DNA from: Octopus sinensis
Taxonomy: Eukaryota
Length of the DNA stretch: 64,000 nucleotides
Assembly: GCF_006345805.1 (NCBI RefSeq)
Contig: NC_043006.1
Location: forward strand, 29,078,001 to 29,142,000
Reading direction: 5' to 3'
In this document: positions 52,601-61,600 of the stretch, piece after piece
Numbering within the stretch: the stretch's first letter is position 1
How the letters are laid out: each line of letters opens with the position of its first letter
Program-made: the position numbers and the translations under genes
The notes under the pieces: generated by a model
Database searches by the model: none
Told to the model about the DNA's origin: nothing
What the model saw: only the letters and a program-made list of their open reading frames with translations

Positions 52601-55600
52601 TCTAAATTTGAAAGAGATTAGTGTGAACTTCAAATTCATTAATGAGGTCTACTTATCTCTTAATTGTTTTGTGTATTTAGCTGATAAATCTGTTCAATAT
52701 TTATGCCTGAAATTCTTCATTCCTTCCTAAAATCTGAAAAGGTGCAAAAAGATGATGTGAGGAGGCAGTTCTTTCACAATTCTGGAAATGAATAAAACTT
52801 GGAGAGATCTGTCTCCAGATTTGTTTCCATAAGAATTGTGGAAAATTTCCCAACAAAAATTTACTAAATGTATATTCATAGAAGTTCGGTTGAATGTAAA
52901 GTAATGACATAGATTTAAGGCATTTTTTTCAAATCAGTATTTTCTGAGCAAGAAAACTTCACCTTTAATTAATCTCTTTATAACACTTTACATAATGTTT
53001 AGAAGTGGCTACACCAAGCATCAATAATCTTCTCAAGTTTTATATCATTTCTTCAAATCATTGTATTGTTTCTTCTTTATATTTTCATGTAATTTAGGTG
53101 AACTGGTCCAGTAATATGGCTAAACAAATCAACACATCTGAACTTGCCAAAGATTCCCTTGAAGCTGAGAATATGTTACAGTTGCATCATGAACGAAAAG
53201 TTAGTATTATTTATATCTACAATAATGGATGAAATTGTAGTGTAGTGATATATATACATATATATTTTTACATGCATGCACACACACATACACACATGAG
53301 AACTAGATAGATAGTGTGCTCATTATATAGTTTGCAATGTCCTGCTATTTAGAATGTTCTTAGTTCAAATTTTACACAGGTTGACTTTGCCTTTCATCCT
53401 TTCAGAGTTGACAAAATAAGTACAAGTTGACCACTGAAGTCAGTGTAATTCACTTACCCGCCCCTCAAAAATTTAAACCAATATTTAGAATGATCAGACA
53501 CTCAAGTATAATATTGTGATGTTATAGGTTAAGATTTTAAGGAGAAAGTTTGTTCCATACATTTCGTTTAGCGTTCGCTTTCCATGCTGGCATGGGTTGG
53601 ACGGTTCAACTGGGGTCTGGGAAGCCAGAAGGCTGCACCAGGCCCAGTCTGATCTGGCAATGTTTCTATGGCTGGATGCCCTTCCTAACGCCAACCACTC
53701 CATGAGTGTAATGGGTGCTTTTTACGTGCCACCGGCACAGAGGATACCAGCACGGGGACAAGAACGCAAAACATCCGGACAGTTATGTGATACAAAAATG
53801 GGACAACAAAACATCCAGATAGACGATACAAAGAAAACAAGGATGGGTCATTCAAAGTTTTCTTTCTTCAGTCAAGTACCAGATTATCTTCGCAATTTCG
53901 GCTGATTATACTTGAGATTGCTCCAATCTGACCAGCCCCAAGGAAAAACTAAGCTAAGAGCATTAGATTCCTTGGAAGAAAGCAGCGAATGTATACAAAA
54001 ACAAAGACGTAAAAAAAACGGACAATGTTATACAAATACAATAAAAAAATAATATGTGTATATATATGTGTTAGTGTGGCGGCGAGCTGGCAGAAACGTT
54101 AGCACACCGGTCGAAATGCGTAGCCGTATTTCGTCTGCCGTTACGTTCTGAGTTCAAATTCCGCCGAGGTCAACTTTGCCTTTCATCCTTCTGGGGTTGA
54201 TAAATTAAGTACTAGTTATGCACTGGGGTCGATGTAATCGACTTAATCCCTTTGTCTGTCCTTGTTTGTCTCTTCTGTGTTTAGCCCCTTGTGGGTAGTA
54301 AATAAATATATATGTGTTAGTGTGCGTGTGTGCATATGTGTGTTTATCATCATCATCATCATCGTTTAACATCAGCCTTCCATGCTGGCATGGGTTGGAT
54401 GGTTTGACAAGAGCTGGCCAGGTAGGAGACAACCCCAGGCTATTGTGCCTGTTTTGGCAGGGTTTTTATGGCTGGATACTCTTCCTAACACTAACCACTC
54501 CGTAGAGTTGGCTGAGTGCTTTTTATATGGCACCAGCACAGCCAAGGTCAATTTTGGCATGGTTTTTACAGCTGGATGCCCTTCCAGATGCCAACCACTT
54601 TACAGTGTAGACTGGGTGTAAAGTGTGTGAGTGTACGCATGTATCTGTGCATGTGTGTGTGTGTACGGTTCTAGGTGAATTCATCTACAACAATTTATCT
54701 GTGTGTGTGTGTGTGGTTGGAGATAAATTTATCCGTAGGTAAGTTGCTGTAGATGAATTGGTACATGGGTACATAAGCAGGTATATGTAAGTGACTGTAT
54801 GTGTTTGTATGATAAGGTGGCGAGCTGGCAGAACCGTTAGCACGCTGGGCGAAATGCGTAGCCGTATTTCATCTGCCGTTGCATTCTGAGTTCAAATTCT
54901 GCCGAGGTCAACTTTGCCTTTCATCCTTTTGGGGTCGATTAAAATAAGTACCAGTTACACACTGGGGTCGATGTAATCGACTTAATACCTATGTCCATCC
55001 TTGTTTGTCCACTCTATGTTTTGCCCCTTGTGGGTAATAAATAAATAGGTATGTGTTTGTATGAAGGATTGTGTGATTGTATCTGTGTGTGTGTGTGTGT
55101 CATTGTTTGATAGGCAGCTTACTAGGTAATAGAAATTGTCCAAAGAATGAGAGCAGATATTGAAAGCAAAAACAGCCAAAAAAATCTGTGATTTCTTTCT
55201 CCAACGCAAGTCTCAAGCCAATGGCAATGGTGGTCATACTTCCGGACACATTTCCTACAGTCTTCACAGTGTTTACTTCGCATGGGTTGCTGAATAAAAT
55301 ATCAACAAAACAATTCTATTAGTACCATCAGGTGAATTTTTTAGTCCTTGTCTTACATTTGTCTTACATTTGTATGATAAATAGTGAAAGGTAATTAGAG
55401 TTCTTGACATTTTTGATGAATGGCAACAGATGTAACATTGATGCTTTCTAAGGGCTATTGATGGTATAAGTAACAAAAATATGAAATGATATACAAGTTG
55501 AAAGAAAGTTACAGACTTGATTGTAAGAGATCTTAGCACTTAACCTACTGTAGTTGTCATTACATTATACTGAATATGGTCAGACTCTGAATGTAGAGAA

Positions 55601-58600
55601 TAGTTCATCTTTTCTGGAGATATCAGTGAATAACAATGATTAGAACTTAATTATTGCAAAATGAAATAAGAAACTTTAATCTTGATTCGTTTATTTTCTG
55701 ATGTATGAACTAAAACCATTTTAAGCATAAAAATTAAGCCCCACTTGTGTAGGGTTTAGAGGCATTCACTGAAATCCTTTCTATGCTGGGTGTACAGCTT
55801 AATGAGACCCCTAAGTTGTGTCTATTAAATGATTGTCCATACCTATGGAATTGCACGAAATACTTATTTACTAATCTGGGAGTGACCCTTCCTATGCAGG
55901 TTTTGATGCTGAGTGAGAAGGGCAGGGCAAACCAAAGGACCTTATGGTAGTGCTTTCTTTTATGGTTGTTAGGTCCCAGCAGATAGGAGATGTAGTCCTT
56001 GAACCCACTGGCTACCAAAGCTTTGTTTAATAGAGGGCCACATCATTGAAAATATCTTTATTCAAGGATAGGTTTCATATCCTCTTACTGACAACCTTCA
56101 CCAGGTTTTTAAACACAATAAGTAGATGGCAGGAGGCTTTGTTAAAGTATGATAGCCTTTCATTTGGTTTGCAGTAGGGCCTGTAACAAGCACCCAGATC
56201 AAGCATCACATCTAAAAAGTTAACTACAGTAAAGTTGGTCTGAATTGTCACCTTAAGGACAAGGAAGATAAGCATGTGAATTAGGTGTGCCTGTTTGTAC
56301 CTCTAGCTGTGATTAAAGTATCATCTTTGTATAGACCAAAATGGACTGATAAGAACCCCTTCATTAATTTGTCCAGTATATATAATCTTATGAGGTCACA
56401 GATATCTGTCCTGTCGAATGCTCCCATCGACACATCGAAGGAGCCTGCTGTAGTTTGTGAAAGCGCCTATTATTTACACATGCCACTAATAATCACACAC
56501 ACACAGGAAAATAAAACTTTAAATACAACAAAATAAATCCTCTGAGAAATTAGTTTTAATACTGATTTTTTTTTTTATACTTTCATTCCATCATATCCTT
56601 TTCTTTTTCACACTTTTCCTCTCATACACTTTCTAACTTATTTTCTTACTTTTTGTTCCCCTCTCTTTCTCATATATTTAATTATTAGGCTGAGATTGAT
56701 GGTCGTCAGAAATTGTTCAAAGTGGTTCGTGAACAAGGAAACAATTTACTGAAGAAACTTGAGACAGCTTCATCTCCTGACTCTGCTGATGTTGACAAAA
56801 TGATCAAAGAATTAGACAAGAGTCGTCTTATTCTTACAGGAGCTTGGGACAAACGAAATAAGCTTCTTACTGCGTGCCATAACTTGCAGGTTGGTTTCAA
56901 ATTCATCACTTATTTCTTTCTTTCATTTTACTTCTATTTACCACTTGTATTGAGAGGTAAATAAATCTACATGTGGTAAAAAAATAAGTATTTAAAGTTT
57001 AGACTTAAGTTTTGCCAATCTATTTTTATTTAAAGTGTGTGGTAAAAAAAGACCCCAAATAATTATGCCTTGCAATCTATTTTTGTGTTGGGTTACCACT
57101 GAATACTTTGTGGAGACAGGAAATATAGAATGCATTGAAGTGGATGCTATAAAAATTTTTACCTTAGCACTGCATGGTAGTAAAAACACTTGATTGACAA
57201 TTATATGGTACCCTTTTTGTACACTAGGAAATTGTATTTTATAAGGTATTAATAATTTACAGCTAGGAACATAAAATATTAGATAAAATAATAAAATAAT
57301 AGAGTACATTATTTGTTACAGACACAGTATAGTACCAGTGTTAATATAGAAATTATCAACTATTGGTAGGTTGGTAGGTTGGTACCTTGTCAACTTGGTC
57401 TGTAAAATAATTTAAAATAGATTTTAATCTGGATTAATGTGTCTTAGTTGCTTATCTTTTAGTAACTTTAAGTCAAATGATTTAAACCATTTTGAAGCAC
57501 AATTATTTTATGTTCCTTTATTCTGATATTGAACCATTTATTTAGATACTTAATATAACTAAAGCTTTAAAAATTAAAACTTATGTTTCAAGTGTCAATC
57601 TGTGATGTGTTTAACACAAACTGCTTGAGCTAGGAGTTGAATAAGTAGTCGAGCTTATGTTTAATGAATGCTGAATGAAGTGTTGTAAATAGTTACTGAG
57701 TATACCTGTGGTAAAAGTAGAGTAAGATATAGGGTGAAGCCAAAACAGGAGCATTATACTTTGCAGATGAGCTTTTGGGTCACCCTTTTAGGATAGAGTC
57801 AAGCATTAGTCTGGTTCATTTGTTTAGTGTTGTACATGCGTATGTGACAATGTTCAGACAAGGTTATGTGTAACAAGTTTTATATCATCACATTTTACAA
57901 AGGTGCTTGTGAAATGATATAAAAGGTGTACAAACTGTTTGTTCCCTCATTAGTGAATTTAGTCAGTCATGGTGGCTAGTAATTAAGCCGGTAGTCGTTA
58001 AGGGTTAAAGGTTCATGCTGAAAAAATAGAGAGCGAGCATTGCTCTAGCTACATAACGTGGTAGTTGTCATGGCCAGGAGTAAAAGGGAGCTAGCAGTCC
58101 TAGCTGGATGTGGCATTTGACTAGTTGTCTGCCCAGAAGGGGGAACAGAAAAAGAGGGAGATGGTTGTCCGACTAGGGTTTTTATACCTCCCTAGCCAAA
58201 GTGCCATTGAAGTGCCACCTACCGAAGAGAGAATGAAGAAACATAAGTCTGCCCTGTTCCCTTTAGCCGTTATGGCCCTTGTTACGAGCTGACTCTGGAA
58301 GAATATACAAGAATTATGTACTGGTAGAACCATCTAAGCCAGAGTTGGGCAACCTGTTGAACAAAGAGTCCCAAATATTTTGCTGTACATCTTTACAGTG
58401 TAGTTTAGCATTCAAGACGCATTTAGATAAACTAAGGGCTAAAGTGAGTATATGGAATAATATTCTACAAGAACTAATGACTTACTAGTGAGGTGCAAGT
58501 CATAAAAAAACTCAGACTAACTGCATTAACTCTATGCTCTGTAGTATTCAACTGCAGATTACGCATATCCAGTCTGGGTTAGATCTTTGAATACAAGATC

Positions 58601-61600
58601 TCTAGAGTACATGCTGATACGACTGGTTGTCTCAGCCCCATTGAGATTAATATTTGTTGGTTGGTATTGCCCTACCTGAAACCTTGAGAATTGTTGCTGG
58701 TAAAACTGAAAACAAAAGCAGGTGTTCAGGGGAATATTTATTGATATCCACAAATCAACAAATATGAAGAGCATTAAAATTGGGAAAATATTTCAAAATA
58801 TCAACTATTCTTGTCAAAGTTTCCAAACAATCTAGTTGCATACAACTGAATTAAAAAAAAAAAGATTGGTAAATATTCCACCAATGTCAGATATGAAGAT
58901 GGAATTAGCAGAAAAATTGTCCTAGGTTTCCATATCCACACAGAACTGGTGGAATTGTTTTGACTCTATGTCTGACTTGACCTAACTAAAGATACCAAAA
59001 TGGAATATGAACATGATATGGAAACCCCTTTCTGTGATTGTGGAACAATCCACACAGTGCATCATTTGCTGGTTTGACTGTTACTGAATTGTGTAAAAAA
59101 ATAGAGAGATAGTTTTTCAAGCAACTATAACTCAAATGATATTGTAATACACTGAAGAAGGTCAAGATATAACTTTCTAAATAATTGTTAGCAACAGTAG
59201 CAATATCAACAGCAAAGGTAATATTTATCCCCACTTAAAATTGGATGTTGTGTTAGAACATTGGATCAAAATAAATTCGATGACTGGCATCCGTGCTAGC
59301 AGGTGCAAAGAGCACCACATGAGTGTGATCGTTGACAGAGCAGCTATTCGAGTATGATCGTTACCAGCGTCGCCTTACTGGCACTTATGCCTGTGCTAGT
59401 AAGATGCCAAGAGCACCATCCAAGCGTAATCGTTGCCAGAGCAGCTAACTGGCTTCCATACCCGTGGCACGTAAAAGGGCACCATTCGAGAGTGATCGTG
59501 GCACGTGTAAAAAGATTCGAGCGAGATCATTGCCAGTACCGCCTGACTGACCCCCGTGCCAGTGGCATGTAAAAAGCACCCACTACACTCTCAGAGTGGT
59601 TGGCGTTAGGAAGGGCATCCAGCTGTAGAAACTCTGCCAGATCAAGATTGGAGCCTGGTGCAGCCATCTGGCTCGCCAGCCCTCAGTCAAAATCGTCCAA
59701 GCCATGCTAGCATGGAAGGCGGACGTTAAACGATGATGATGATGATGATGTACCATGAGAGAAATTCTCATATTGGCTTTGGGTGCAAACAAGCACTCTT
59801 GTTTACATCACTAGCAGGAAGATAAATCACTTGCCATTGCCACCATTTGCCCTCCTTGGCTTTGTTAAACACTTGGACACTGAAGGTTACAGCGATATCT
59901 CTACTAGTAATATACATAGAATCTCAGTGCCTAGTTTATTATATCATTGATCTTAAATTGGAATTCTAGAAAAAAGGTTACCTATTTAATCTTCAATATT
60001 CCAGCTTTAAATTAAAACTCGTATGTATTATTTATATTTCAGATATACAAGGAGACTGTGGAACAGGTTGATGGATGGCTTGCTGCTAAGGAAGCCATTC
60101 TCAGTAACAAAGATGTCGGGGTAAATATGTATACATTTCTATTTTCTTGAATTTAACAATGTCACTTTATTGCAAACCACAACTATTCAAATATAAATAC
60201 AACTTGGATCCTGATAATCTGAAGTGCTACAGATTTGGATTAAGAAAAATTTCCATTTTGAGATTTAAAGATGCTTGTGTTTGCTGGGTCTCTCTCTCAC
60301 TCATTAAGATTATTCTATATTTAATGTTACTTTACTGAATTACTAGAGTTATTACTGGTCTGTTGAAACTATATTTGGTAATTAACCCTATCGTTACTAA
60401 CCCGGCCAAAACCGGCTCTGGCTCTGTAGTACAAATGTCTTGTTTTCATAAGTTTTGCATCAAAATATACCACCAAACATTAGTTGCAATTTATATTCCT
60501 AACACTAGCTTAATGATAGCTAAGTTATTTTACTAAATTCTTTGTTATATTTAAAATGATTGAAAGAAACACAGCATCTCAAAATAAATACGGTAACGAA
60601 AGGGTTAAAAATAAGAGCATCCTCAACAGTTAGAAAGGAATTACAGCAAATATAAGTAAGGTTTTTACTTAGATGAGACAATTGTCTTCTCACAAGTCTT
60701 GCAAGTATCAGATTGCCCAGAAAATTTTGTCTTTACAGAACTTATTGCAAGGAAAAACATTTAACGATTTAGATGGAGTAAAAATGCATCTAGATAATGT
60801 TTTTTATTAAAAACAGTCAAATTTTATGCTGATGGAATATTTAAATTGCCTGATAGATGGGCAAAGGTCATTAATAATGGAAATTATTTCATTGAATAAA
60901 ATTTATTGAAAGGTCAACTATTTATATTGCTTTTTGCATATTAAAAAAATGCTCAGAACTTTCCAGACAACCTAATAAATTACTAACATATTCCAATTTT
61001 CATTTCCAAAATCTGTCAACTCATTGAATTAATTTATTATTAATGAGGTGAAAGTAATTTTTGTTTAAACTATATTTTTAATTGAAAATATATATAAAAA
61101 AAAAGGAACACAATTGATCTTAACTTTTATGCTTAATTTGCATGATTAGCCTGCCAAATTATAAGACTTCAATTATCTTGTGTATATTAGAAATGTGTAG
61201 TGAGAGCTGTATTCAGTCTACTACATCTTTTTAACTGGAATTACTTGGATTTTGGTTTCCTGTATACTTCTGTTTGTGTGTATCCATTTTTTTTATTTGA
61301 TCGGATGGTTTTCTTGTGTGCCACCGGTACTGGAACCACAAATATACAAATTCCATTGATGTTCATCTATTTTGATTTGGTTTGATTTCACTTGCCTCAA
61401 CAGGTCTTCACAAGTGTCACGCGTGTCACACACTTGCCTCAACAGGTCTCCACAAGTGTCACACACTTGCCTCTGCCTCAACAGGTCTTCACAAGTGTCA
61501 CACACTTGCCTCTGCCTCAACAGGTCTTCACAAGTGTCATAAGAGGGAAGGTAAGCACAGGTGGACTGACTACGTCGCCGGGTCTTTGGATGGTGGTGGT

